Assembly: GCA_004193555.1 (NCBI GenBank)
Contig: RPGP01000001.1
Location: 192,114 to 256,113 of the forward strand
From: Desulfobacteraceae bacterium Eth-SRB1
GTDB taxonomy: Bacteria; Desulfobacterota; Desulfobacteria; Desulfobacterales; ETH-SRB1
Direction: 5' to 3'
Length of the DNA: 64,000 nucleotides
The notes under the pieces were generated by a model. The model ran no database searches and was not told where the DNA came from. It saw nothing but the letters and a program-made list of their open reading frames with translations. This document shows positions 1 to 9,055 of the stretch, piece by piece; the stretch's first letter is position 1; the number at the start of each line of letters is the position of its first letter. The translations under genes and the position numbers were made by a program.

Positions 1-651
1 GTCATCAGGATCGGCAACATTGACCGTCTGCATACCTTTGTGGGTCAAAGATGTGTGGAATTCAAAAGCCTGATAGACGGCGGAATCATAACGCAGTTAT
101 CCTTTGTGCCGGCAGCCCGCTCAAAAGAGAATCTAATCCCGGCTGAATGCGATTACAAAGGGAAAAAATACAAAATCAACAGAGAGCCCACACAGAAAGA
201 ATATGATGATATGCTGTTCGGCTGGCTTGTTGAGTCGGGTGTCACATCAAATTCTGTAATTTATGTAAAGGAGCTTGCCACTGTTGGAATCGGAACAGGA
301 GAACAGGACAGGGTGGGCGTCGCAGAAATCGCAAGAGACAAGGCATATCGGAAGCTTTGCGACCGTTATTGCTTTGAAATGCACGGCATCCCTTATAACG
401 GACTTAAAGACAAGGACGCAAAGGAAGAAATCAACAAGAGGGTGACTGATGAAAAAGGCGGGCTTGCCGGCGCTGCCATGGTAAGCGATGCATTTTTCCC
501 GTTCAGGGACGGCGTGGATGTTGGAATCCGGGAAGGAATTACTTCAGTTATCCAGCCCGGAGGATCTGTCAATGATTATCAGTCTATCGAGGCATGCAAT
601 GAGGCGGGCGTCGCAATGGTATATACGGGGCAGAGAAGCTTTAAGCACTAA
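1..651 (+). CDS. purH: AICAR formyltransferase domain protein (PurH-type), C-terminal part, open at window start
   Basis: Frame 1 has no stop from base 1 to the listed ORF at 40. The C-terminal motifs VSDAFFPFRDG, QPGGSVND and MVYTGQRSFKH are typical of the PurH AICARFT domain end. Confidence 0.7.
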   Translation, partial: VIRIGNIDRLHTFVGQRCVEFKSLIDGGIITQLSFVPAARSKENLIPAECDYKGKKYKINREPTQKEYDDMLFGWLVESGVTSNSVIYVKELATVGIGTGEQDRVGVAEIARDKAYRKLCDRYCFEMHGIPYNGLKDKDAKEEINKRVTDEKGGLAGAAMVSDAFFPFRDGVDVGIREGITSVIQPGGSVNDYQSIEACNEAGVAMVYTGQRSFKH

Positions 652-658
652 GAGATTA

Positions 659-798
659 ATGCCTAAAGTGAGCTAAAGTGTCTAAAGTGAGCTAAAGTTA
701 AGGTATGCGCCTTTGGCGCTGCCAATTTTATATAAAAGATGGAGCAAGGCGACTCATTAACTTTAGGCACTTTAGCTCACTTTAGGCACTCATAACTT
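659..798. repeat. CTAAAGT-type palindromic intergenic element (A-type), copy 1
   Basis: The left arm is gcctaaagtgagctaaagtgtctaaagtgagctaaagttaagg. The core contains the gcgcctttggcgc mini-hairpin and ggagcaaggcgac. The right arm is ttaactttaggcactttagctcactttaggcac. The element is near-identical to 8884-9047. Confidence 0.85.
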
Positions 799-813
799 AT
801 AGGAAAGTAAATC

Positions 814-2769
814 ATGTCCAAGCTATTATGGAAACCTTCGGAAAAAAGAATTAGAAGTTCAAACATGTACAGATTCATGCATGTTATTAATAATAAGTAC
901 GGCCTGGATTTAGCCGGTTATGATTCTCTCTATCAATGGTCGATTAAAAATATCCCTGATTTCTGGGAATCGATGTGGGAATTCGGCGAGATTAAAGCAT
1001 CAAAACCATTTGATCAGGTTGTTGATAATCCTGGCAAAATGCCCGGAGCGAGATGGTTTTCAGGGGCCAGGCTTAATTTTGCCGAAAATCTCCTTCGTTA
1101 CAGAGATGATCAGCCGGCTATAATCTTCAAGGGGGAGCATCAGGATTCCATTAAAATAAGCTATGCAGCGCTTTATGACGAGGTGGCACGCCTGGCCATA
1201 TCTTTAAGAGATGCAGGTGTTCAGCCGGGAGACAGGGTGGCCGGCTTTATGCCGAATCTTCCTGAGACAATCATTGCAATGCTGGCAGCCACAAGCATCG
1301 GCGCAACATGGTCTTCATGTTCTCCTGATTTTGGAATAAAGGGGGTTCTTGACCGGTTTGGCCAGATTAAACCTAAAGTCCTTTTTACGGCAGATGGATA
1401 CTTTTTCAAAGGAAAGCGCTTTGACAGCCTTGAACGTATCTCAAATATCATAAAGGAGCTTCCTTCCATTGAAAAGGTTGTTGTTGTGCCGTATACAAAT
1501 CAAAGTCCAGATATCGATATTGTCCCGAATTCCATCCTTTATAGAAATTTCAGATCTCCGCAAACCGGCCTGGAAATTCAATTTGAGCAGCTTCCTTTTG
1601 ACCATCCTCTTTATATCATGTATTCCTCCGGCACTACCGGCCTGCCGAAATGTATGGTCCAGGGCGCAGGCGGAATCCTTATCCACCACATGAAGGAACT
1701 CATGCTCCATACAGATTTAAAACGTAAAGACAAAATTTTTTACTTTACCACATGCGGCTGGATGATGTGGAACTGGCTGATTAGTTCTCTATCTGTTGGA
1801 GCTGCCATTGTTCTGTTTGAGGGCAACCCATTTTACCCTGTTCCAGGCGCCCTCTGGGAAATAGCGCAAAATGAAAAAATCACCATTTTCGGGACAAGCG
1901 CAGGATACATTGCAGCCCTGAAAAAGGCCGGAGCAAAGCCCGGCAAAGAGTATAACCTGGCGTCACTTAGAACTGTACTTTCCACCGGCTCTCCTCTTTC
2001 CGTGGAAGATTTTGAATATGTTTACAAGGAGATTAAAGAGGATATTCAGTTGTCCTCAATTGCCGGGGGCTCAGATCTCAACGGCTGCTTTGCACTGGGA
2101 AATCCAATGCTGCCGGTTTATGCAGGAGAGTTGCAATGCAGAGGGCTGGCCATGAAAGTTGAAGCTTTTGATGAAAATGGAAAATCAATAGTCAACGGGC
2201 AGGGGGAGCTGGTTTGCACAGCTCCCTTTCCTTCCATGCCGATCTATTTCTGGAACGATCCGAACAGCAAAAAATACCATTCCGCATATTTTGAGGTTTA
2301 TTCGGATATCTGGGCACATGGCGACTATATTGAAATCACGGATAGAGGAGGCGTAATCATGTCCGGACGGTCGGATGCTACCTTGAACCCGGGTGGAGTC
2401 AGGATAGGCACGGCCGAAATCTATCGTCAGATCGAACAGATTGAGGAAATAGAAAACAGTGTTGTCGTTGGCCAAAACTGGAATAACGATGTCCGTGTTA
2501 TTCTGTTTGTAAAGATGGCCACAGGATTTGATTTAACTGATGATCTCAGAAATAAAATAAAAGCAACCATCCGAAACAACGCTTCTCCGAGGCATGTCCC
2601 GGCTAAAATCCTAAGTGTGCCGGATGTGCCATATACACACAACATGAAAAAAGTTGAACTTGCGGTTAAGAAAATTATTCACAACCAGGCTGTGCTCAAC
2701 AAAGACGCTTTAAGAAACCCCGAGGCGCTGGATTACTATACCGGTATAAAGGAACTTCAGAAGGATTAA
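814..2769 (+). CDS. acetoacetyl-CoA synthetase (acetoacetate-CoA ligase)
   Basis: The 651-aa ORF has an N-terminus (LWKPS...FWESMWEF) and an AMP-binding motif (YSSGTTGLPK) characteristic of acetoacetyl-CoA synthetases. Confidence 0.85.
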   Translation: MSKLLWKPSEKRIRSSNMYRFMHVINNKYGLDLAGYDSLYQWSIKNIPDFWESMWEFGEIKASKPFDQVVDNPGKMPGARWFSGARLNFAENLLRYRDDQPAIIFKGEHQDSIKISYAALYDEVARLAISLRDAGVQPGDRVAGFMPNLPETIIAMLAATSIGATWSSCSPDFGIKGVLDRFGQIKPKVLFTADGYFFKGKRFDSLERISNIIKELPSIEKVVVVPYTNQSPDIDIVPNSILYRNFRSPQTGLEIQFEQLPFDHPLYIMYSSGTTGLPKCMVQGAGGILIHHMKELMLHTDLKRKDKIFYFTTCGWMMWNWLISSLSVGAAIVLFEGNPFYPVPGALWEIAQNEKITIFGTSAGYIAALKKAGAKPGKEYNLASLRTVLSTGSPLSVEDFEYVYKEIKEDIQLSSIAGGSDLNGCFALGNPMLPVYAGELQCRGLAMKVEAFDENGKSIVNGQGELVCTAPFPSMPIYFWNDPNSKKYHSAYFEVYSDIWAHGDYIEITDRGGVIMSGRSDATLNPGGVRIGTAEIYRQIEQIEEIENSVVVGQNWNNDVRVILFVKMATGFDLTDDLRNKIKATIRNNASPRHVPAKILSVPDVPYTHNMKKVELAVKKIIHNQAVLNKDALRNPEALDYYTGIKELQKD

Positions 2770-2778
2770 CTACCTAAA

Positions 2779-3741
2779 ATGTTAAAAAAATTCTTATCAA
2801 AATACTGGTTTTTTATCGGCATTGCCATTGTTGCAGTGCTGGCCTTTAATTTCCCTGTTGTTGGTGAAAAAATCAAGCAATGGCATCTTCTTAAAATCGG
2901 TATTTTTATCGCATTCTTAATTACCGGCCTTACACTGGAAACAAAAGCGATTTCCGATGAAATAAGAAATATAAAGGTCTTATCAGCAGCAATTATCTCA
3001 TCTTTGGTATTATTCCCGATAATAACATTTTTTCTCGCTAATATTTTCTATAAAAACACACTCGATTTTGTTGTGGGTGCATGTATTATCGCCACGGCGC
3101 CGGCAACAGTTGCGTCGGGAACCGTTTTAACCGCTATCGCCAGAGGAAATATCCCGCTCAGCCTTTTTATCTGTATTGCCAGTAATTTTGTGGCAATCTT
3201 TACCATCCCGTTTTCTCTGAATCTTCTTTTACAATTTAGCCAGGATATGGATCTGCCTGTGTTTGCCATGATCAAAAGCCTTATTTTAATTGTATTGATT
3301 CCGGTAATAGTGGGGCAACTTTTGCGAATGAAACTCAAACATCTTGTTGCTCCATATAGAAAACTGTTTTCGATTTTTGCTCAGTTAATCGTTCTTGTCA
3401 TAATTTTTAATGCAGTATCCAGTTCAACATCAAAAATATCTCAGATGGGATATGAAATCATCTTTGTTTTTGCCTTCATGATATTGCTTCACACGATTAT
3501 TCTTTTGCTGAATTTCGGACTGTCCAGGCTGATGCGATTAAACATGCCCTCAAGGGCTGCATTTACCATACATACATCACAAAAAACACTGACGGTTTCA
3601 TATATAGTATGGGCCGGATATTTCGCCTCTGATTTGCCCCTGGCATTGATTCCGCCAATCGCGTATCATCTGACACAGATGATAATGGACACATTTCTGG
3701 CGCATCGCTTTAACGAGCTGGCTCAGCAGGAAATCGCTTGA
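2779..3741 (+). CDS. bile acid:sodium symporter (BASS) family transporter
   Basis: The 320-aa polytopic membrane ORF has the hydrophobic profile and length typical of the BASS/SBF-like family. Confidence 0.65.
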   Translation: MLKKFLSKYWFFIGIAIVAVLAFNFPVVGEKIKQWHLLKIGIFIAFLITGLTLETKAISDEIRNIKVLSAAIISSLVLFPIITFFLANIFYKNTLDFVVGACIIATAPATVASGTVLTAIARGNIPLSLFICIASNFVAIFTIPFSLNLLLQFSQDMDLPVFAMIKSLILIVLIPVIVGQLLRMKLKHLVAPYRKLFSIFAQLIVLVIIFNAVSSSTSKISQMGYEIIFVFAFMILLHTIILLLNFGLSRLMRLNMPSRAAFTIHTSQKTLTVSYIVWAGYFASDLPLALIPPIAYHLTQMIMDTFLAHRFNELAQQEIA

Positions 3742-3784
3742 TTTCCACTCGCAAAGTAAACCTTTGTCTTTTAGTCTTGCATGG

Positions 3785-3966
3785 AAAAGATGAACGTCCA
3801 ACATCGAACAATGAACGTCCAACATCGAATAATGAAACAAAACACCCAATGAGAAACAAATGTTCAGGGATATTTGGTTGCTGTTTTTCTGACCTCCGAC
3901 CTCTGTTTCTTTGTTTTTCCCATTCGATGTTCAATGTTGGACGTTCGATGTTCGATGTTCATTGTT
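3785..3966. repeat. GAACATC-heptamer palindromic intergenic element (B-type), copy 1
   Basis: The left arm is aaaagatgaacgtccaacatcgaacaatgaacgtccaacatcgaataatg. The right arm is cattcgatgttcaatgttggacgttcgatgttcgatgttcatt. The loop includes a short CCGACCT-type run. Confidence 0.85.
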
Positions 3967-3980
3967 TCAGTTTAGCGTTT

Positions 3981-4394
3981 TTATTCCCACCTGTCTCCGC
4001 CTCTACGCTTGAGGTCAATATAGGTCACTTTTCCCTGTTCATTAATAAATGAATTCAGAAGCCAGCTTACAAGGCTGATAAGAAGCGAACCGAATACAGC
4101 CGACCAGAATCCGTAAACATTAAAGCCGGGAATCACGCCGGAAGCCATTTTAAGCATAAATGCGTTTATCAAGAAGGTAAATAAACCAAGGCTCATAATG
4201 TTTATGGGAAGGGTTAAAAGTAGCGCTATGGGGCGAAAAAAAGCATTCAGTATGCCAAGCATGGCTGCGGCAGACAATGCGGAAAAGAAACCGCTGACCT
4301 GTATTCCATCAAGCAGGTAGGATGTAACTATGATAGCCCCTGTTAAAGTTAGCCATCTTACAATAATTCCATTCATTTTTATAAAAAACTCCAC
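3981..4394 (-). CDS. phage holin family / DUF360-like small membrane protein
   Basis: The 137-aa ORF has 4 predicted TM segments and resembles YvlD/DUF360 proteins. Confidence 0.55.
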   Translation of the reverse strand: MEFFIKMNGIIVRWLTLTGAIIVTSYLLDGIQVSGFFSALSAAAMLGILNAFFRPIALLLTLPINIMSLGLFTFLINAFMLKMASGVIPGFNVYGFWSAVFGSLLISLVSWLLNSFINEQGKVTYIDLKRRGGDRWE

Positions 4395-4538
4395 TATGCG
4401 CGCTTCGCGGCGCTACAAACGAAAATAATTTGTCGATTATATCCAACGGTTACAATCGTCTTGTTTGGAATGGGATAAAAGTTAGAGTGTTAAGAGATTA
4501 GAAATTCAGGAGTTTTCTTAACACTTAACACTTAACAC

Positions 4539-5405
4539 CTAATCCTTAAACACTATCCCTGTATATCCAACAAAGCTGTCGCCGGGACTCTTATCATAGC
4601 TGGTAGCATAGGCGATAGACTCTGCGTGTTTTGCTCCAAGCTGTTTTGAGGCCGCTATAGCTGCCGCTGCAGCGCCTGGGCAACAGGCATTCTGGTGGCT
4701 CAGGGCTTCAGTTATAACGCCTTCAGTATCCATTTTGAGCATAATCTCAATAATCCTGCGATCATTTTCATTACGCACCCAATCAATTGATCCAGGACCG
4801 GTTCCCTCGGGCATAAACCCGTAGTTTGTGCCATAATGTGTAAGGTCTGTGGAGCCGATAACCTTTACCCTGAGGCCGAGCTTTGTTGCGATCTCTGCTG
4901 CTGCTTTTCCTATTTCAAGAGAGCTTTTATCAGGAGGAACTCCCATTGGAACGATTTTCACATCTTCAAAAAAATATTTTATAAAAGGAAGTTGAAGTTC
5001 TATTGTGTTGTCCTGCATAAAGCGCTCAGGAGTTTCAATATTAAATGTAAATTTCCGGGCAAGCTCCTCTGCGAGCTCATTTTCGATTGGAATTTCACCA
5101 AACGGGGTTTCCCACAATCCCTCTTTCATAATATAGCAGGCAGAACCCGGATGAAGGTGCATTCCAAAGATAATTATTACATCCGTATGTTTTTCATCCT
5201 TTAGGCAGCTGATTACGTTACAGGCAATACTGCCTGAGAAGTACCACCCCGCATGGGGCACAATTCCTCCGATCGTTTTTCCCTTTAAAGAATCCTTAGC
5301 CTTTATTTCTTCAAGAAAATGGCTGATTTCTTTTTCACATTCACCCGCGCTGTCAGGATACCAGCTTCCCGCAAAAACCGATCTTCTAACATTCATTGTC
5401 ATCAC
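4539..5405 (-). CDS. AmmeMemoRadiSam system protein B (MEMO1 family)
   Basis: The N-terminal R.SVFAGSWYP motif and the HAGW and HLH..G histidine motifs are typical of the Memo/AmmeMemoRadiSam B family. Confidence 0.8.
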   Translation of the reverse strand: MMTMNVRRSVFAGSWYPDSAGECEKEISHFLEEIKAKDSLKGKTIGGIVPHAGWYFSGSIACNVISCLKDEKHTDVIIIFGMHLHPGSACYIMKEGLWETPFGEIPIENELAEELARKFTFNIETPERFMQDNTIELQLPFIKYFFEDVKIVPMGVPPDKSSLEIGKAAAEIATKLGLRVKVIGSTDLTHYGTNYGFMPEGTGPGSIDWVRNENDRRIIEIMLKMDTEGVITEALSHQNACCPGAAAAAIAASKQLGAKHAESIAYATSYDKSPGDSFVGYTGIVFKD

Positions 5406-5411
5406 CCCCTT

Positions 5412-5470
5412 TGGATTGATGATTGATGGAATCGCTTCGCTCTATCTTTTCAATCGACAATCATCAATCC
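5412..5470. repeat. GATTGATGA-type small hairpin with GCTTCGCT core
   Basis: The sequence is ggattgatgattgatgg-aatcgcttcgctc-...-tcgacaatcatcaatcc. The right arm overlaps the hypB stop codon. Confidence 0.7.
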
Positions 5471-6135
5471 TTACCCTGTTTACCACGCACTTTACCCTTA
5501 AGCCACTCGATCCAGGGTTCAATGCCCTTATCCTTTGTCGCAGAAATTTCAAAGACAGGCATGTCAGGATGTACCTGCTTAATGTTATGAATTGTTTCCT
5601 TGATGTCATAATCCAGATACGGAAGTAAATCTATTTTATTTAATATCGCTGCGTCACATTCACGAAACATCAGAGGATACTTTACAGGCTTATCTTCCCC
5701 TTCTGTGACGCTAAGAACAACCACGCGAGCGTCTTCTCCAATGTCAAATTCTGCGGGGCAAACCAGGTTCCCGATATTTTCCACAATTAAAAGCTCAATG
5801 TCATTTAGATCAATGTTGTCTGCCGCCTTTTCAATGACATGGGCGGCAAGATGGCAGTCGCCGCCAAACTCATCTGTATTAACCTGGACAACAGGGGCGC
5901 CTGTCCCGGCAAGCCTGTCAGCGTCGTTTGAAGTGCAAATATCTCCCACAATAACGGCGCTTTTAATCTCGGGCATAATATAAGACAGGGTTTTTTCAAG
6001 AGTTGCTGTCTTGCCTGATCCAGGAGAACTCATGACATTAAGCACAAAAACTCCCTTTTCCGCAAAAAGCTTTCTGTTTTGCTCCGCCATTTTTTCGTTA
6101 ACATCCAAAACTTTACGAACTACTTTTATTTCCAT
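5464..6135 (-). CDS. hypB: hydrogenase nickel incorporation GTPase HypB
   Basis: The P-loop SSPGSGKT, the CH motif and the ENVGNLVCPA-like motif (ENIGNLVCPAEFD) are present. Confidence 0.9.
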   Translation of the reverse strand: MEIKVVRKVLDVNEKMAEQNRKLFAEKGVFVLNVMSSPGSGKTATLEKTLSYIMPEIKSAVIVGDICTSNDADRLAGTGAPVVQVNTDEFGGDCHLAAHVIEKAADNIDLNDIELLIVENIGNLVCPAEFDIGEDARVVVLSVTEGEDKPVKYPLMFRECDAAILNKIDLLPYLDYDIKETIHNIKQVHPDMPVFEISATKDKGIEPWIEWLKGKVRGKQGKD

Positions 6136-6159
6136 GTTGATATCCTTTACCTTAAAAAC

Positions 6160-6258
6160 GTGTTAGGTGTTAAGTACATGATTAAACAGCAAATTGCTTT
6201 CACCTAACACTTAACACATAGTGTCTTTTACCACAGAGATCACAGAGCTCACAGAGAA
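6160..6258. repeat. TAACACY-heptamer hairpin followed by 3 x CACAGAGNN 9-mers
   Basis: gtgttaggtgttaagt pairs with cacctaacacttaacac. This is followed by cacagagat cacagagct cacagagaa. Confidence 0.75.
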
Positions 6259-6266
6259 TTTTCTTT

Positions 6267-6617
6267 TTATTCTTCAACGACCTCAATCGATGTTATATCG
6301 AGTTCCCTTCCGGAAACAATATCAATCAATCCGCTTTTACACTCCCTGCATGTAAAAACAGGCTTGTTTACGGTCCATTCAAAATTACATTCCCTGCATC
6401 TTGCAACGACAGGGATCTCTTCGACATTGAGCTTTGCTCCTGAAAGAAGTGTGTCCTTAGCCACAATTTCAAAACAAAAACGAAGACTTTCAACTACGAT
6501 GGCAGACATCTTGCCTACCTTCAAATTAACCCTTTCAACCCTTGCATTTTTAATATCATCGGGTATTGAAGCTATTGCGATCTCGACTATCTCAGTTGCT
6601 ATGCCCATCTCATGCAT
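6267..6617 (-). CDS. hypA: hydrogenase maturation nickel metallochaperone HypA
   Basis: The MHEMGIA N-terminus and two CxxC pairs (CRECN, CRECK) are present. Confidence 0.9.
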   Translation of the reverse strand: MHEMGIATEIVEIAIASIPDDIKNARVERVNLKVGKMSAIVVESLRFCFEIVAKDTLLSGAKLNVEEIPVVARCRECNFEWTVNKPVFTCRECKSGLIDIVSGRELDITSIEVVEE

Positions 6618-6790
6618 TATAAGTACCTGTATTTACAAAATTAGTTCTGGACCAACCTTCTATATTTTTGGGGAAAATCGCAACCAATCGGGTTGTCGGT
6701 TCTCGGTTCACAGTTACTCAATTTCGCAGTGTTTTTTTCAACCGTGAACTGATAACTGTAAACCGTAAACGGTTACTTTTGTTTTAGCCA

Positions 6791-7666
6791 CTACTGCTTA
6801 AACACCTCAGCACAAAATTCCCCCAGGGTGCATAGATCTTCGCACATATAAACCCCGCCTTCCTTCAATGCAGCAATTTTTTCCTGTGCCGTGCCTCTGC
6901 CGCCGCTCACAATTGCGCCGGCATGCCCCATCCGCCGTCCCGGGGGCGCTGTTAAACCTGCAATAAATCCAACAACCTTTTTTTTCATATTGTTATAAAT
7001 AAACTCGGCCGCCGCCTCTTCAGCGCTGCCACCAATCTCTCCAACCATAACAATCCCTTTGGTATCCGGATCCCTTTCAAAGGCATCCAGGCAATCTATA
7101 AAGCTTGTTCCAATTACCGGATCGCCTCCAATCCCTATACAGGTAGTCTGTCCTATTCCCTGCAGGGTTAGCTGATTTACAACTTCATATGTCAGGGTGC
7201 CGGAACGGGACACAACACCTATGGGGCCACCGGGTTTGTGTATAAACCCCGGCATAATGCCGACCTTGCACTGTCCCGGTGTAATGATGCCGGGACAATT
7301 TGGGCCGACAAGACGCGACCGGGCATTCCCCAGATAACTTCTGACTTTCATCATATCCAGAACCGGAATGCCTTCAGTAATTGCAACTATAATTTCAATG
7401 CCGTTATCTGCCGCTTCCACAATTGCATCTGTTGCATATTGCGGAGGAGCGAAAACCATACTGCAGTTTGCGCCGGTCTTATCAACAGCCTCGCCAACTG
7501 TATTAAACACAGGGATATCATCAATTCTTACCCTTCCCTTGCCAGGGGTTACCCCTGCAACAATATTTGTGCCGTACGCGATACATTGGTGAGTATGAAA
7601 CCGCCCCTCTTTCCCGGTTATGCCCTGAACTAACAGGCGTGTATTTTTATCAACAAATATGCTCAC
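6791..7666 (-). CDS. sucD: succinyl-CoA synthetase alpha subunit
   Basis: The ORF has [17 protein letters not shown] and MGHAGAI motifs. It overlaps sucC by 4 nt. Confidence 0.9.
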   Translation of the reverse strand: MSIFVDKNTRLLVQGITGKEGRFHTHQCIAYGTNIVAGVTPGKGRVRIDDIPVFNTVGEAVDKTGANCSMVFAPPQYATDAIVEAADNGIEIIVAITEGIPVLDMMKVRSYLGNARSRLVGPNCPGIITPGQCKVGIMPGFIHKPGGPIGVVSRSGTLTYEVVNQLTLQGIGQTTCIGIGGDPVIGTSFIDCLDAFERDPDTKGIVMVGEIGGSAEEAAAEFIYNNMKKKVVGFIAGLTAPPGRRMGHAGAIVSGGRGTAQEKIAALKEGGVYMCEDLCTLGEFCAEVFKQ

Positions 7667-8859
7667 ACTTTATGCCTTTCCCCGCCCAGCATAGCTCCTG
7701 CCCCTGCAAACTCTGAAATTTTTTGCGCAGCATCCTTAAGATTCTCAGTATAAATCGGCTTAAAGCTGGATTCAAAAAGAATTCTGCGGCCTTCTTCAAT
7801 GTTGGTTCCATCCATGCGAACTATTACAGGTATATTTACATCTATCTTTTCAGCAGCCTGAACAACCCCTTTTGCCAGCACGTCGCAACGAAGTATCCCG
7901 CCAAAAATATTTATGAAAACCAGCTTCACATCCTTATCGCTGAGAATAATCCCGAAACCTTTTTCAACCATTTCAATGGTAGTGCCGCCGCCCACATCAA
8001 GAAAGTTGGCCGGCGCTGCGCCGGCAAGCTTTATTATATCCATGGTTGCCATTGCCAGGCCGGCTCCGTTTACCATATTGCCGACATTTCCATTCATTTT
8101 AATATAGTTGAGATTAAATCGTGAAGCTTCGACCTCAAGAGGATCCTCCTCCTCAATATCCCGATATTCAAGGATATTCCTGTGGCGGAACATGGAATTG
8201 TCATCAATGTCTATCTTTGCATCCAGAGCAACAATAGATTCTTTGGATGTAACCACAAGCGGATTTATCTCCGCCAGGGAGCAGTCGTAATCAACAAAAA
8301 GCCTGTACAGGCTCTGAAGCATTCCAACAAACTGCTTCCAGACAGAAGATGTAAGTTTCAGGTCAAAAGCGATTTCCCGGCAGTGAAAGGGCTGAATCCC
8401 CAGATTAGGATCAATAAAAACCCTGATTATTTTATCAGGGTCTGCTGCAGCCGCATCTTCAATATCGATCCCGCCTGCCTCGCTTGCCATAATAAGGATT
8501 TTTGAAGTTTTCCTGTCAATGATAATGCCGAGATAGAGTTCTTTATCTATTTCCAGCTTCTCTTCCACAAGTACCTTCCTGACAAGCTTTCCTTCCCGCC
8601 CTGTCTGGCTGGTAACAATTTTCGTTCCGATGATGCGGTGTGTCAGGCTGTAAACCTCATCAGTCGATCCCGCAAGTTTGATGCCTCCGCCTTTCCCCCG
8701 CCCACCGGCATGGATCTGGGCTTTTATAACGACCGGAAATCTTCCGATTCTACGAGCTGTTGCCCTGGCTTCGTCAGGGTCAAAAGCGATTCCTCCATCC
8801 GGCACACTAATGTTGTATTTTTTAAATAATTCTTTTGCCTGATATTCGTGAAGCCTCAT
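7663..8859 (-). CDS. sucC: succinyl-CoA synthetase beta subunit
   Basis: The ORF starts [12 protein letters not shown] and has an ATP-grasp and CoA-ligase domain pattern. Confidence 0.9.
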   Translation of the reverse strand: MRLHEYQAKELFKKYNISVPDGGIAFDPDEARATARRIGRFPVVIKAQIHAGGRGKGGGIKLAGSTDEVYSLTHRIIGTKIVTSQTGREGKLVRKVLVEEKLEIDKELYLGIIIDRKTSKILIMASEAGGIDIEDAAAADPDKIIRVFIDPNLGIQPFHCREIAFDLKLTSSVWKQFVGMLQSLYRLFVDYDCSLAEINPLVVTSKESIVALDAKIDIDDNSMFRHRNILEYRDIEEEDPLEVEASRFNLNYIKMNGNVGNMVNGAGLAMATMDIIKLAGAAPANFLDVGGGTTIEMVEKGFGIILSDKDVKLVFINIFGGILRCDVLAKGVVQAAEKIDVNIPVIVRMDGTNIEEGRRILFESSFKPIYTENLKDAAQKISEFAGAGAMLGGERHKV

Positions 8860-8883
8860 TATCTATATTTCCTAAAAATTTTA

Positions 8884-9047
8884 CCACGGAGCTAAAGTAA
8901 CAAAGAAAGTTATAAGTGAGCTAAAGTGCCTAAAGTGAGCTAAAGTTAAGGTATGCGCCTTTGGCGCTGCCAATTCTATATAAAAAATGGAGCAAAGCGA
9001 CTCATTAACTTTAGGCACTTTAGCTCACTTTAGGCACTCGTAACTTT
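8884..9047. repeat. CTAAAGT-type palindromic element (A-type), copy 2
   Basis: The element is near-identical to 659-798 and is the reverse complement of 13461-13640. Confidence 0.85.
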
Positions 9048-9055
9048 TTTACTGT

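Noticed and set aside
3738-4052. ORFs here and at 14513-14737, 21851-22033, 22184-22492 and 22958-23140 encode ERPTSNNERPTSNNE, MLDVRCSMF, FRSSGVQEF and similar peptides.
   Set aside because: They are translations of repeat arms in intergenic hairpins. They are periodic low-complexity sequence with no independent coding evidence.
4539-5405. I considered whether AmmeMemoRadiSam protein B marks a local three-gene system.
   Set aside because: The AMMECR1 and radical-SAM partner genes are not adjacent in this window. Nothing unusual can be supported beyond the single gene.
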